Positions 1 through 13,256 of a DNA stretch of 47,950 bases are shown piece by piece. Both the position numbers and the translations under genes were made by a program. Source of the DNA: Fonticula alba ATCC 38817 (taxonomy: Eukaryota; Protista; Nucleariida); assembly GCA_000388065.2 (NCBI GenBank), contig KB932209.1, one strand, 5' to 3'. Position 1 is the first letter of the stretch. Each line of letters starts with the position of its first letter. Below the pieces are notes generated by a model, which was given only the letters and a program-made list of their open reading frames with translations, had not been told where the DNA came from and made no database searches.

Positions 1-139
1 CCCCCGATCTACATCCCTCCCAAGGCGCGCTCAAGCAAGTGTGCCACTCTACATGCGGCCCGGATCTCATGCACCTTGCTCTAATGCACGCTTGCGCCCC
101 ACTGCCCACAGCCTCTGGGACTGGTGCCCTCGGTTGCAG

Positions 140-1675
140 ACTTGGACCACATCCCCTTGTCATCGATCTCTTCCTGTCAGATCCCCTCCAGTCCGGCCAA
201 GTTGACGGCGCACCTGGCCGGACTGGCTGGCATCACGGAGGACCCCTCCATGACCGATGCCCTTGGTGGCAAGCGCTCGGTCTTGTCCATGTGGAAGGTT
301 CTCACTGTTCGGGTGTACACCCGCACCCTGCGGCACGTCCGCTTTGATATCCTCCTGCCTGCGGCCTCCCTGACTCCGGGGATGATGCGCACGTCGGCCA
401 CCGTGTCCGGCCTGGCCGTGGCCTTGCGCCATCATGCATTTGCCTCGGACCGGGAGGACCTCTTCGCTGCGTCCTTCCGGCTGCCTGTATCAAGCGTCTC
501 GGGCCAGGTCCCCCCTCCAGGCGGGGGCCCCATTCGCATGTCCTTGTCGATGCCCAACCTGGCTGTAGCGGCGGCCCCGGGCGGGCTCCTGGAGCTTGGC
601 GGCCGGGACGATTCGCATCTCCATGGACCCGAGCCTCCCTCCTCGCCGGACCGCCACCGGCCCGAGACCGATGCCCCGCCGATCACCCCTCAGAGCCCCT
701 TTCCAGCCATTGCCGGGGGCCCCGCACAACATTCCGACAGGCGGGACATCATACTGCCGCATCACTTCCGGCCAGTCGAGGCGGCACTTCGGTCTCGTCA
801 CTGGCGCATCTCCCTGGTCAATGTGTCTTTCGGCGTGTCTTCAAGGTGTGTCCTTGCCTTTGTCCCCTGCTCCTCCGCCTCCGCCTCCGCCTCCGCCTCC
901 GCCCCCAGCCATCCCTCCCAAGGGGCTGCCCGTCTGACCGGTCTCCCCTCCTCCCTCGACTCCAGCCTGCCCTCTCATGTGGTTGTGCCAGCCCAACTGG
1001 GGGATTCGGAACTCATGGCTCTCATCAACAGCCGGCCCTGCAGCCGGGTGCGTCCCATCCTCCCCTGCCCTTGCCCTTGGCTCCTTGGTCCAGGCTCTTT
1101 GTCCTGTTGAGTGTGATCCTGCCCAACTGACTGCCCATGTGTCATGCAGTTCCCGGTTCTTCGCTGGCAGTCCTCCGACTCCGGAGCGTGCTTTCTCCGG
1201 GGTGGGACACCTTCAGCCCAGGCGGCACGGCTTCTGCGCCGGCGGAATACCCCCGCGCGGTCCTTCTTCCCTGGCCTGGACCAGGCACTGGCCATGTCGG
1301 CCGGGGCGCTCGGAGCCTCGGATCCCCAGGCCGGCACCGACCAGGCTCCTCGTATCTCTCGGCCGGCCTGCCTGTGGGTTGTCCACTTAAGCAACCAGAC
1401 AGCTGATGCGGACTCCAACGACCGGGCCCCGGTGCCTGATAATCCAAATCCGGACACGCTGCAGGAGGAGGAGATCCTTGCTGGCACGGCCGCATGGTCG
1501 AGCTCCGCCACGTTGGCGGCTGTAAAGCGCCGCCGGCTTCGTTTGAAGGCCCCATCAACACGCCGCCTGCGTGCCGCCCATCGCGCTTTGGTTCGTGCCT
1601 CGGTTTTGAGTACGTCTCTCATCCACTCCCCCGTGTCGCCTCGCTCCGGGGTTGGACCCCGTCATCCGTCCATCA

Positions 1676-1707
<32 letters not shown>

Positions 1708-4336
1708 TGCTAGCTTGCCAGCCAGCCGGCCAGCTTCCCGGTCATTCATCGGACGACACATCAGACAGCATATGACGATCACCGGACCTCTGCTACATGA
1801 CTGACTTTGGCCATGTCCCTTGCCCTTGGCGATCTTCTTCAGGCGACTCGGCCCAATCCGACAGCGGTCCAATTGCTGCCCAGACCGAGTGGCTAAACCA
1901 TGTCCATACATTCATTCGGTATAGCCACATTGTCGCCAGCTTGCTGATGCAAACACGCACTCGACAGACCAGCGCCCCGGGGTCCCCGGCTACTGGCCGC
2001 ACTTTGTCCTCCGGTTTTGAGGGACTTCAGAATGTGGTCAACTCGGCGATGACCCTGGCCCAGCATCTTGAGGATGCGCGCTCCGCCGCTGCAATGGCAG
2101 CAATCGAAGCCTCCGCAGCCCCAAATGAGCCGCCAGCGAAGTCCATCCGCCGGCCACTGCCCCCGCCGCCGCCGCTCATGACGGCCGGCCTGAGCAGGTC
2201 GGACCCGGCTCTCCCAAGCGCGGCTATGCCATTCCTTTCACGGCCCCCTGAGTCGCCCACATCGCCATCTGCGACGGCGCGGGCCACCGCCCCAGGGACC
2301 TTGCGTCCTGTGGACTCCGTCTGGCTGGTGGACGATCCGTCCATTGTTGGCAGCCAGGCAGGCGACCGGTCGTCCATCGTTGGTGCCCTGGCGCTGCTCA
2401 TCGCCGACCCCTTTTATCGAGCCAGCCCGCAGGGATTCATCGACTTGATTGTTTCCGAGTGGTCTCAGTATGTTGCCTTGCCCTTTTTGTTGTTGATCCC
2501 TCCCTCCCCTCCCTTATCTCTCTCTCTCTTCGCCCATCTCTTCTCTTTTCCGAGTGTCCTCCCTGTCAGCCTCTCATACTGACGCCCGGCCTACAGCATG
2601 GGCTTCCCCTTCCGCACGCGACATGCGCTGCTTCAGCCCAACCGCGTCGCACGTGTCGGTGCGGCAGCCATGTCTGCTAATCTGGTGAGCGGGCTCCTTG
2701 GCTGGCGCCGCCGCTCGGGTGGGCGCTCTCCCGCGGGAACAGCCGGCGCTCAGGGTTCCCCGGCCGCGGGCTCCGGCGTGGCAGCTGACGGTGCCAGTCC
2801 GGCCAATTCCCGGACACGGCTTAGTGTGTCCGGCACGTTGCCGCCCTCGCTAGCAGCTGCGGCCTCGGCCATCTCCGACACATCTGCCTCCTACCCAGCC
2901 TTCGATGGTGAGAACGAGAGTCCGGCCTTCGTGCTGTTTTTGGATGCGGTGCGCACCTGGCTGCTGATGCTGCCCCCCCTTTGCCCCGGCCTCTGTACAT
3001 GCTTTTGACACCCCACCCCCTGCCCCCTGCTCCTCCTTCGCTCCTGGGCGTGGTTTACCGGAAAATAGGTCTACCAGTTGATGGTTCACTCCCCAGGCGC
3101 CTTTGCCTTCAGCACAAACTTGCTCCTGTTGATCCACGATGCGGCAATTTGCGGGATGGTCCGGGAGTTTGCGGTCGACTCGCCACAGGAGCTTGAGCAG
3201 TCAGGCGACTTGTTCCACGTCAGCCTGGGCGCCTACGTGGCCTGGGTCATGAGTTTGGATGAGTGTGCGTTCCCCTCCCCCCCCCCTCTCCCCTGGCTTC
3301 CTTCCTCCTTCCCAGCGGCTCCTTTCACTTCTCATCATTGCTCCCTGTCTCCTGCTCACTTTTGTCCCTGCCCCGCTCAGCCCTCCTCGATCCGGCATTC
3401 TTGCTTCAGGCAGAATTGGCGGACTTCGCCGGACTTCCGCGGCCAGAGGTGGCCGAGGTGGTGATGCCACCGTACTTCTGCAACGGCCAGCTGGTACCCA
3501 TTTCACAAAGCTACACCCACTCGGTGCCCCGGTCTAGCAGTCTCCTTGCAACCACCCCGCAGCCGCCACTCATGCCGGAGGCCACGTCGGATGAGTATCA
3601 ACTTCGCCCGCAGACCGAGGGCACGACACCGCTTGGGTCCTTCGCCTTCACGCGCTCGCCCTCGACCTTGAGCGTGGATTCCGCCGCGTCAACACCCCCC
3701 GGGTCACTTCGCGAACTTTCCCCGCCACCCTCGCCGACACACTCGCGCCAGCTCTCCAGTTCCTCCACCATCACCCCGGCGCCGAGTCTATTTTCGGAAG
3801 ATGAGTTCGAACCCATCACCGAGGAGACGTACCTGCCTCCGGCAAGGGCACACCCTCCTCTCCACGATCCATCACTCTCGGCAAGCAACCTTGCCTTGGC
3901 CCCGACGCCGGCCCCCCAGCAGCAGGCCTCCAGCCGACTGACCGCCTTCCACATGGACACCAGTGATGCCGGGCCGTCGCTGCGCTTTTGGGCGCGGAAT
4001 TTCGGCCGCGACTCCATTCCCGGAGCTGAGCCCCTGCGCGCGCATCCCGGCGTCGCGGCCATCGCCTCCAACACGACTCCCCCCTTTGTCATCAGCCCTG
4101 TGGACCTGGTGCCGGACCCGGTGGCTGGCCTGTTGCCGGCTTGCATCTTGGCTGGCCGAACGTCCAGGGAGTCCGCCGCCGACCTGGGCCCCCTCGCTGA
4201 TGTGCACCATGCACACCACCCGGTGTATGGCCACATCGCGGGGGCCTGGGCAGCCGAGCCAACCCAGCAGGAAGATCGCGCCGTGTACCAGCTCGTCCTT
4301 CGAGCGCGCCGGGCGCGTGCGGCCCTGGGACGGTGA
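140..4336 (+). CDS. Myotubularin-related protein (PH-GRAM + myotubularin phosphatase fold), predicted catalytically dead; 5' end lies upstream of the window
   Basis: Exons inferred by phase-compatible GT-AG splicing: 140-845, 966-1047, 1150-1609, 1843-2467, 2597-2948, 3069-3264, 3381-4336 (TGA). The spliced product restores myotubularin motifs in the correct order: WRISLVN, LPSHVVVPAQLGDSEL..SR/FPVLRW, TEWLNHV, GDRSSIVGALALLIADPFYRASPQGFIDLIVSEWSHMGFPFRTRH, ESPAFVLFLDAVYQLMVHSPGAFAF. HCSDGWDR is absent. Confidence 0.85.
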
Positions 4337-4672
4337 TGTAGTGCCAACGGACGCGACGTATGTAGACAATAAACGGCCGCGCTCGCCTTGCCCTTCTGTC
4401 TATTCCCATGCCCCCCCTGTTATGTGTGTCTCTCTCTCTCTCTCTCTCTCTCTCCGCCCTTCCGCATCTTCCCAGGGCCTCATTCTTCCGCCTGCGAGGG
4501 CCTCTGCGGTCATTTTTCCCCAACCATGTTGCGGCGGCCGATTGCAGATCCCTCCACCTCTCTTCTTTCCATCGCCCATTCGTCCCTCTGTCTCTCTTCC
4601 TCTCTCTCCCCTTTTCCTCTCTCTCCCTTTTTCTTGCACGGCTCTCTCTCTCCCCCCCCCTTTTGCCTCGCC

Positions 4673-6861
4673 ATGCCGCAGTCGCTGGCCGCCTCGGAGG
4701 CAGAGCCCATGTCCGACACCTCCCCCGTCGCCTCCGCTCCCCCCTCCGCCACCCCCTCTCGGGGCGCCCCGCCCTCACACAAGGCGTGCGTTTGGGCGAC
4801 TCGCACATTTGGACTCCCCTCTCTCAGCCACCCGCCCCGTCCTCGATGGACTCCCCACCCTCGCAGGGGGCGGTCCCATCTAACACGCCGATCCACTCCC
4901 AAAGCGCAAAGGCCACCCTACGTGTGGCCCCCCGGCCGAAGGCTCTGTCGCGTGTGCGCCGCGCCGGGCCACTGGCTTTCGGCTTTCGTCCGGACTCACA
5001 TCAGGACAACCTTTCGGCCGAGGCGGCCCAGCAATTCGAATCTCCACTTGCCGGGCTGACCTCGCACTTTCTTTTCTCCCGAGCCTTCAATGTGGACGAG
5101 GCGTTTCAGTTTTCCCGGAGTACGTCCCGCACGGCCGTCGTCGATGACCTTCCCCCCGAGTACTTTCTTGCCATTGCTCCCGGGGTCCCGCTTCCCCGGG
5201 TCTCCTCCCTTGCCGCATCTCACACACCCTGATGCCTTGCTCGCCATGATAGAGTCCTCCGTCATTCGGCTGGAGGTCATCAACCCTCTAAACACGGCCA
5301 GCACGAGCGATCATGCTTTGTCAACGCTCGGCGCATCTTCCATTCACATGCTAGACCGGTCACGCGCACAGCTGGCCGCTGCGCAGCGTGCCGCCATTAC
5401 GGCCGCCCGCCAGGCTGGCGCCTCGTTGGCTCGATTCCACGGTCGCACCGTTGGCTCTCGGATTCGGCGCCCCCTCGGCCCCTTCACTCTCCAGCCGACC
5501 GATGCCGAACCGGACGCTCACTTTTGGGAAAAGCTGGCGACCGTGCATTATGGTGGGGCCGGGCTGCCACCAGCCTCAGATGCCGGGACTGCACCCACCT
5601 GGGCCGATGAGTGTGGGGCCTTTGACCAGACCACCGGTGCCCCCCGCAAGACGGACTTGGTGGTGACCCTCGAGTCGCAGCCGGTTTTCTTTGATTTCGG
5701 CCTCTTCGCGCCGGGGCTCCCCTCCTTCGATTCGACTCGTGCATCGCTGGCCCTGGGAGATAATGCCATCCTCTCGGGCCCGGAGTATGGGACCTCCGCC
5801 TCGGAGGCAGTGGTCACCGAGCTGGACGCCTGCACGCGAGAGCTCGACGCGGTGGTGTGCAAGCTGGCCAGCCACTCGACGCCTGCGGCCTCGACCGTCC
5901 CGTTGGCTGCCACGTCAGCCGCATCCGAGCTCATGCCCGCCATCAGTCCCGAGGCCGATCTCCCGGTCCGGGCACAGCTCCAGCGCAATGCCAGTGTCCT
6001 GCAAACCCTTCTCCGGCGCCAGGCCCATCGCCATCTTCTCCGATCCGCATGGCAGGTTGGGGCGGATAATACCATCGCCGAGCAGGGCAAGGCACGTCCC
6101 CATCGGGCGGCTGCCTCACCGGACGAGCTGGCCAGTGCAGCGTCCTTGCTACAGGGTTTGGCCGCGGCCGGGCGCCGCCTGGCCACCCAGCTGCCTGGCT
6201 CCACGGTTCCTGCGGCGGTGGGATACCTGGCTGAGAGCTATATGCCGGCACGGTCGCGCTGTGAGACCCTTGCCAACATTGGACGCCGCTACCCGAATCA
6301 CATCCAGGCACTTGTGGATATCAATGGCCAGCGTCCGGCGGCCAGCGTTGCCGGTGGCCTGGTGGCCGCGCCGCGCACCGTGCCACAGGCATCGCCAGCG
6401 CCTGTGCGAGCGCCGGCCCCGAGTCCGGCTGCTGCTCCAGTGGTCGCCCCGGCTCCGGCTGCTGTCCCGGCCCCGCCGGCAGCGGCCGTCACCGCTCCCG
6501 CCACACAGACCCCCGGTACCGAGCCGGTGGTCGTCAAGCGCCGGCGCGGGCGGCCGCGGAAGAATCCCCTGCCAATGCCGGTGGCCCCGCCGGTGGTGGC
6601 TACCGCGACACAGACACCTGCAGCCGCGGCCGCGGCCGCGCCCGCGATCGCGCCCGTGCCCAGCCCGGCGTCCGTGCAAGCCTCGCTGCTTGGTCATGCC
6701 CCGTCCGTGCCCCACTGTTTCAACTGCCACACAACGCACTCAGACACCTGGCGGTATGGGCCAAAGCGTGACACGCGCTTCTGCAATGGTACGGCAAAGC
6801 CCCGGCAGCTGAGCCCTGTCCCTCCTCTGCACCGCCACGCCTCTGACCTCCCCTCTCCCAA

Positions 6862-6906
<45 letters not shown>

Positions 6907-7082
6907 CGCACGCACACGCCTCGCCTTGCCCCGGTGCAGAGTGTGGAATCTACTATGTCGAACACAATACCCTCATGCCCCTGCTCCTGATCAAGAATCC
7001 GAATGCCGAGCAGAGCGCTCGCATTTTGACTTTGAGCTTGCTCGGCCATCAACAGCAGCAGCAGCAGCAGCAGCAGCAGTAA
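4673..7082 (+). CDS. GATA-type zinc-finger (CX2CX18CX2C) transcription factor with AT-hook and C-terminal poly-Q
   Basis: Exons 4867(or ATG 4846)-5119, 5253-6788, 6940-7082 (TAA), with a possible first exon 4673-4783. AT-hook KRRRGRPRK at about 6535-6562. The spliced finger reads CFNCHTTHSDTWRYGPKRDTRFCNECGIYY; intron 6789-6939 splits it. The start codon is uncertain. Confidence 0.8.
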
Positions 7083-7384
7083 CTGGTACTGAAAGGACAG
7101 CCTCCTCAGCCTGTCCCCTTCGCCCGTACGCCGCTTTACCCCCTGTGGCATGTGAATAGACATGCATATCCCACGTCCAGTTGACAAGGAAGAATGCGGC
7201 ATGTGCACTGTATTTACAGGAGGTCGGTCCCCTGGGCGTAGAAAGGGATGCCAGGAAAAAGTGCATCACTCAAGCGCGGCCGTGAATGCGCGCGCGCCAC
7301 CACCGGGAGGAGGAGGAAGGTAGACCCAGGCGGGAGGGAGGAGAGGGAATGGGAGGGAATGAGAGGGACACAGCCAGCAGGCGC

Positions 7385-8877
7385 TTACTCGGAGGAGTTG
7401 ACGAAGTCGACACCAGCCTGGGCGGACTTAACCAGGACGGGGACCAGCTCGTCGAGGAGCTTCTGCTCGAAGGGGGTGATCTGGCCAAGCTCGAGGATCT
7501 CCTCGACACCCTCGCGGCCGAGCTTGATCGGCGAGGCGAAGAAGGGGGCATCGGTCAGGGGGCTCTCGACAAAGGCACACTCGACGATGCCATCAGAGCC
7601 GTTGAGGGCAGCCAGCAGGGCCTCGGTGAACTCGGCACCAGCCTGAGCCATGGAGAGGGTGGCGGAGCCAGTGCCGGCCTTGGCCTGCACAACCTCGTCA
7701 CCACCGAACTGGATGCGATGGGTGAGCTGGTCGCGCTCCTCATCGGAGAAGGTGACACCAGCGGAGTTCTACCCCATGACAGGAGGGCACACGAAAGGCG
7801 GGGCAAGGGGGGGGGGCGGGGGAAGGGGAGGGGAGAGGACCAGAGTGGGGAAGGGAAGAGGTGAGCAGGAGGGGCTTGTGTCGGGAGGAGGCGCGAGGCG
7901 GGGAAGGGGAGACCCATGATCGACGAACCTGAGACAGCAGGGGCAGAATGGTGGTACCAGCATGACCACCGATGACGGGAACCTTCAGGGTGGTGGGGTC
8001 GACGTCCTTCTTGCCGGCGACGAAGGTGCGCGCACGGAGAACATCGAGAGTGGTGACACCGAAGAGGCTGTGCGCGACGGTGGGACAGGAAGGACCATTG
8101 TCAGTGACACAAGCTCGCCGGAAGGGACACAGCGAATTGCCCGGGTAGCCGCAAATGGGAGCCATGCATGTGCGTACCGCTTGGGGGAGTAGACGCCAGC
8201 CTTCTTGAGGACCTCGGCGACGATGGGCACGGTGGAGTTCACCGGGTTGGAGATGACCAGCAGGTGGGCATCCGGGCAGTGCTCGGCAGCGGCCTCGGCC
8301 AGACCCTTGACAATGCCGGCGTTGACACGGAACAGATCGTCACGAGTCATGCCTGAGGGCAGACGCATGGCGGGGAGCGGGGGGAGGGGTTAGAGACGGA
8401 CAGCCGCGCGCATGGGCGTGCATGCTCGAGCGCCTGGCCAGGGAAAGGAGGGAGGCGCGCACCAGGCTTGCGGGGAACACCGGCGGGGATGACAACGACC
8501 TTAGCACCCTTGAGGGCCTCGCCGAGGTTCTCCGCGCCGACGTGGCCGGTGACCTTGGCCTTGGAGGGGATGTGGCTCAGGTCAGCGGCAACACCAGGGG
8601 TGTTGACGACATCGTACAGGGAAAGGTGGTCAACCAGGGGGGAGGACTTCAGCAGGAGAGAGAGGGGCTGGCCGATGCCACCGGCGGCACCGAGGACGGC
8701 GACCTTGGTCGACTGAGGCGAAGGCCCGGAGACGGGATGACGTTAGAAGAGGGGGGGGGGGAGGGGGGCAAGAAGGAGGCCGGCAGATGGGAAAGGCAAA
8801 GGCATGATGAACGAGACGCGTACCTCCTTGACGGCGCTGGTGGAGAAGAAGCGAGCGGGGAGGGAAGAGAGCATCAT
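7385..8877 (-). CDS. MDH2: Mitochondrial malate dehydrogenase (333 aa)
   Basis: Exons 8877-8824, 8712-8463, 8352-8178, 8067-7929, 7768-7385 total 1002 nt. Presequence [18 protein letters not shown], then [68 protein letters not shown]. Confidence 0.97.
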
Positions 8878-9577
8878 TTTGTGGGAAGGGGGCGAGGGGG
8901 GGGGGGGAGGAGGAACTGCAAACCGGGAGGGGGTGCTAGCTAGGAGCCAGGACCGGCCGCGTCTGGCACGGCGCCTGATGACTCGGCTCGAAACAACCAG
9001 GACGTGCAACGGGTAGGGGACACCAGCACGCCACAGAAGAGGGGCTGACACACAGACCCACAGACACACACGCACACTAGATTCACATGTCCCCGACATC
9101 TTCCATTCCCAAGCACACCGCCGTCGCGACCAAGTCGAGCGGGTCAAGTCAAGCGCCATTTGTGGGCAGCTGCGCGCCAGTGGCGAAACCCGCACGCAAA
9201 GGGCAGTTGCCCGGCCCTCGGCCCCACCTTCCCCCCCCCCCGGGAGTAGCGACGGGCCGCAAGAAAAACAGGCCACGCACGTGTGCTTGCGTCCCCCCTC
9301 GGCTGCCCGGCCCCGCACTGGGTGAGTGCAGCTACGCCTCGAGGGTTGACACCAGGGCACCGGACCTGCGCTCATGCGGCCCCCCCTCCCCGCCCCCCAA
9401 AAGTGTCAGACCAGTAAGCTAGGGTTTCGACCCGGGCTGGACCGCCCAAGGGCGCATGCGCCCAGCCCACACACACACCCTGCGGCTAGTTCTGGGCAGG
9501 TGGCAGCTATGGGGCTGATCGCCACCACTAGAATCGCTGGCTCTGCCTCCTGGGCCCCAGTCGCCGTCGCTATCGCC

Positions 9578-9662
9578 CTCTCTCTCCCGCTCTCTCTCGC
9601 TCTCTCTCCCGCTCTCTCTCCCGCTCTCTCTCCCGCTCTCTCTCCCGCTCTCTCTCCCGCTC
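9578..9662. repeat. Tandem 12-bp minisatellite (GCTCTCTCTCCC)n, about 6-7 copies, intergenic
   Basis: Directly visible repeat units between the MDH2 5' end and the ABCE1 3' end. Confidence 0.85.
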
Positions 9663-10311
9663 TCACGAGAATGAGAGAGAGGGACACAGACAATGTCCTA
9701 ATGGTGCGCGCGTTCTCCGCCCCCCGCAAGCCAACGGTCGGGTGGAGCACCGCCGAGTGCCAATGAATGGGGCACGAGAGCCGACCAAACCCGATGCCCC
9801 GAGGACACACGGCACGCGTGTGGTTGTTGATTCTATTTAGCGGGAAAGGGGGAGAGAGAGAGAGAGAGAGAGAGAAGAACGCGGGCGCCGCCCCCTTTCC
9901 CTTCTCCCCCACCTCCCCCCCCCTCCCCGCCCGCCCCCTCGCCGGATCTCCCAAGCAACTCACGAAGAGACAGGGAGGAGAGGCGAAAGGGAAAAGGGCG
10001 AGGGGGAGGAGGGAGAAATGGATAGTGCAAGGGTGAAAGTCCCCGTGCAAGATGGGAGGACCCGACGGTGAAAAACGGGGCGCACGATCGGCCTCAGCCT
10101 CTTTCTTTTTCTCTCGCCCACACCGCCATGCCACAAGGGCACCGGGAGATGGGAGGGGGAGAGATCAAAGGAGCACAAGAGAGAAAGGGAGAGAGGGCAC
10201 AGACCAAGGGGGGGGGAGTGTAAAAAAACACATGCTGCTCGCCCCTCTCCTCTGTTCCTCCTCTCTTCTTCCCGCAGGGGGACGATAAGGCACAAATGGA
10301 AGTGGATTTCC

Positions 10312-10756
10312 TTACTCGGCGAGGGTCTCCAGGAAGAAGAAGTTACCAGCCTGCTTCTGCTCACGGTCCTTGATGGAGTTCTGCTTGTTGATGCGCGGAC
10401 GGAAGTTGGTGGGGTCGCGACGGAAAGTGATATCCAGGGACCGGAGGAAGGTGTTCATGCCGGACGCAAGGCTAACCGGGGCCAGGGCGGTGGCCTTGAG
10501 CGAGGGGGTACCCTCGTAGACAATGACGCGGTCGGCCAGGTAGGTACCCATGATGAAGTCGTGCTCGACGATGAAGGCGGTCTTCTTCGAGTGGAGGATG
10601 AAGCTGCGTGCGGGCGTGGGTGGATTTGACGATGCAGCAGGAGAGGGGGGGAGGGGGGAGGGGGGAGAAAACGAAGCAGGTGTCAGGACATGCGCGCGAT
10701 AGCCACGCGAGTGGGAGAAGAGGACACCACTCAGGGGATGAAGCCCAAATGTGTAT

Positions 10757-10789
<33 letters not shown>

Positions 10790-13256
10790 TGCGTACCGCT
10801 TGATGACCTTGGAGGCGATAATACGCTGCTCGGAATCCAGATAGGCAGAAGGCTCATCAATGAGGTAAATGTCGGCGGGCTTACCGAGACACAGGACAAG
10901 GGCCACACGCTGGAGCTCACCACCAGACAGCTCGGGAACCTTGAGGTCCAGGAGGCGCTCGATCTGCATCGGGCGCAGGACATCCGCCTGGAACTGCGGG
11001 TGGTTGAAGGAAGTGGGGATCTTGCTGAGGAAGAGCGAGCGCACGGAATCCGTGAACTTGGGGGAAATCTTCTGCGGCTTGTAGGACACATTGAGGGAGG
11101 GGATGTCGACATCCTCCAGGTCGGGCTTGATCTGACCGGCAAGCATGCGGATGAAGGTGGTCTTACCGGTACCGTTCTCACCGAGCATGACGATGATCTC
11201 CGAGTCGGAGAAGTCGCCCGCCTCGACGGTCAGGTGGAAAGCACCTACACATTGAAAGCCGGGGGGGCGGGGGGGAGTGGGTGGTGCATAGTTAGATGCC
11301 AGCTAGCTGGCTGGAGCCTTGCGTAACGCGCACACATGCACATACATGCATACACAAGTGACGGGCAGGTGACAAAAGGGCTGGGAAGTAAAGGGAGAGG
11401 GGGCAGACGTACCCTGGGTCTTGGTCATGGCCGGGTACTTGAACTGGCTGTGGCGCTTGACGACGAACTCCTCATCGGCAGACTCAAGCATGCGGAAGGA
11501 CAGGGAGTCCTCGCGGAAGCGCAGGTTCTCCGTAGGAATCATACCATCAAGGAAGATGTTGATACCCTCGCGCACGGAGTACGGCATGGTGACAACACCG
11601 TAAGCACCGGGCGAACCGTAGAGGACGCAGACGTAGTCCGACAGGTAGTCAAGGACGGAAAGATCGTGCTCGACAACGATGACGTAGCTGTGTGTGTGTG
11701 TGTGTGCGTACGTATGGACGTGCGTGAGTGCGAGGAGAATGACGCGCATAGGACACAAGAGGGAGTGGAGCAGAGAAGAGCGTGCGTGAGGGTGAGGGGA
11801 GAGAGAGGGAGAGAGAGACGGAGAAAGGAGGAGAAACGGGCACCCGCGCTCGAGGAACGCACCGGTCAGAAGCAACGACACCACGAATGACACGAGCAGC
11901 CTCGAGACGCTGCTTGACATCCAGGAAGGAGGTCGGCTCATCGAACATGTAGATGTTGGCCTTCTGCACGACGACCATACCAATGGCGAAGCGCTGGAGC
12001 TCACCACCAGACAGAAGCTGGATACCACGATCAAGAACGTTCTCAAGCTCTGAAAAGCGATCGCGGAAGCAGAAGGCAGAGACAGGAGGGCGAGCGAGAG
12101 AGAGAGAGAGAGATGTCAGGAAAGAAGGAGGAGGATGATGAAGCCCGCGTAGTGACCGGTGTGGGCACGGGCATGTCGAACGGCAGGACAAGCGCAGGGG
12201 AGACAGCAGGTTGGCCAAGGGGCGAATCGGAAAGGGGGGCACACGCACGGAGGCTCTTGACAATCGAATCGAAGTTGTCCAGAGTGCAGCGACCCTTGAG
12301 CAGATCGCCAACGCGACCCTTGACCGAGCGCGGCAGCATATCCACATACTGGGGCTTGATCAGGGCACGGATATCCTCCTCGAGGATGCGCGTGAAGTAA
12401 GACTGCAGCTCGGAGCCGCGGAAATACTTCAGGATCATGGCCCAGTCGGGGGGGTTGGAGAAGTTGCCGAGGTTGGGCTTCAGCTTGCCGGCCAGAATCT
12501 GCAGGGCAGTGGACTTGCCGATACCGTTGGTACCAACGAGACCGAGGACCTGACCAGGGCGAGGAACGGGGAGACTGTGGTGCGGAGTGCGAAGGCCGGG
12601 AGGAAGGGAGAGAGGGCATACACGGCCGGCTGGGTGAGTGACATGGAAGGAAAGGCCGAATGAAGCGCGGCGAAGAAGACGGAGGGAGAGAGAGAGAGAG
12701 AGAGAGAGAGGAGACGGACCGATGGAGCTTGAAACTGTTGGCATGGTAGCGGTGGGTGGTCTGCTTCTCGAGATTGGTCGGCAGGTTGATAATGGAGATG
12801 GCCTCGAACGGGCATTTCTGAGAGCGGGAAGAAGAGAGAGGGAGGAGGGAAGGGGGGAGGCAGATGCCCGGAGTCAGCCAAGGAACCTCAAAACGGCAAT
12901 GCAAGGACAGGAGGGGATAGGACCACAACTGGAGACACGGGGGGGAGGGGAGGGGGGGGGGGGGGCACGCACCTTGGTGCAAATGTTGCAGCCGATGCAA
13001 AGGTCCTCAGAGATGAGGGCGATCTTGGAGGTGGGCTCGACATCAATGCAAAGCTTGCCTGCAGGGGGGAGGGAAATGGAAGAAAGAGCATGAGCGAGGA
13101 GGAGACACGGGAGGAAGGGCATTGGGGGCTGGCGAGGGATAAAGACGCGTACGTACCCATGCGGACGACCGGGCAGGTGCGCTTGCACTCCTGGCGACAC
13201 TTCTTGGGCTTGCACCGGTCTTCAGAGACAATGGCAATACGGGTGAGGGAGGACAT
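10312..13256 (-). CDS. ABCE1: ABCE1/RLI1 ribosome recycling ATPase (603 aa)
   Basis: Exons 13256-13157, 13058-12973, 12817-12720, 12574-12249, 12049-11863, 11687-11413, 11244-10797, 10603-10312 total 1812 nt. Fe-S motifs [15 protein letters not shown] and [12 protein letters not shown]; Walker A GTNGIGKS and GENGTGKT; two LSGGELQR signatures; C-terminal [14 protein letters not shown]. Confidence 0.98.

Noticed and set aside
9374-9766. ORF containing (ALSP)n repeats
   Set aside because: It is a translation of the intergenic 12-bp minisatellite, with no splice or coding support.
10035-10085. GAAAGTCCCCG followed by ACGGGGCGCA resembles the two P4 strands of RNase MRP RNA
   Set aside because: The motifs are only about 30 nt apart, far too close for an MRP RNA, and lie in the ABCE1 3' flank; likely chance.
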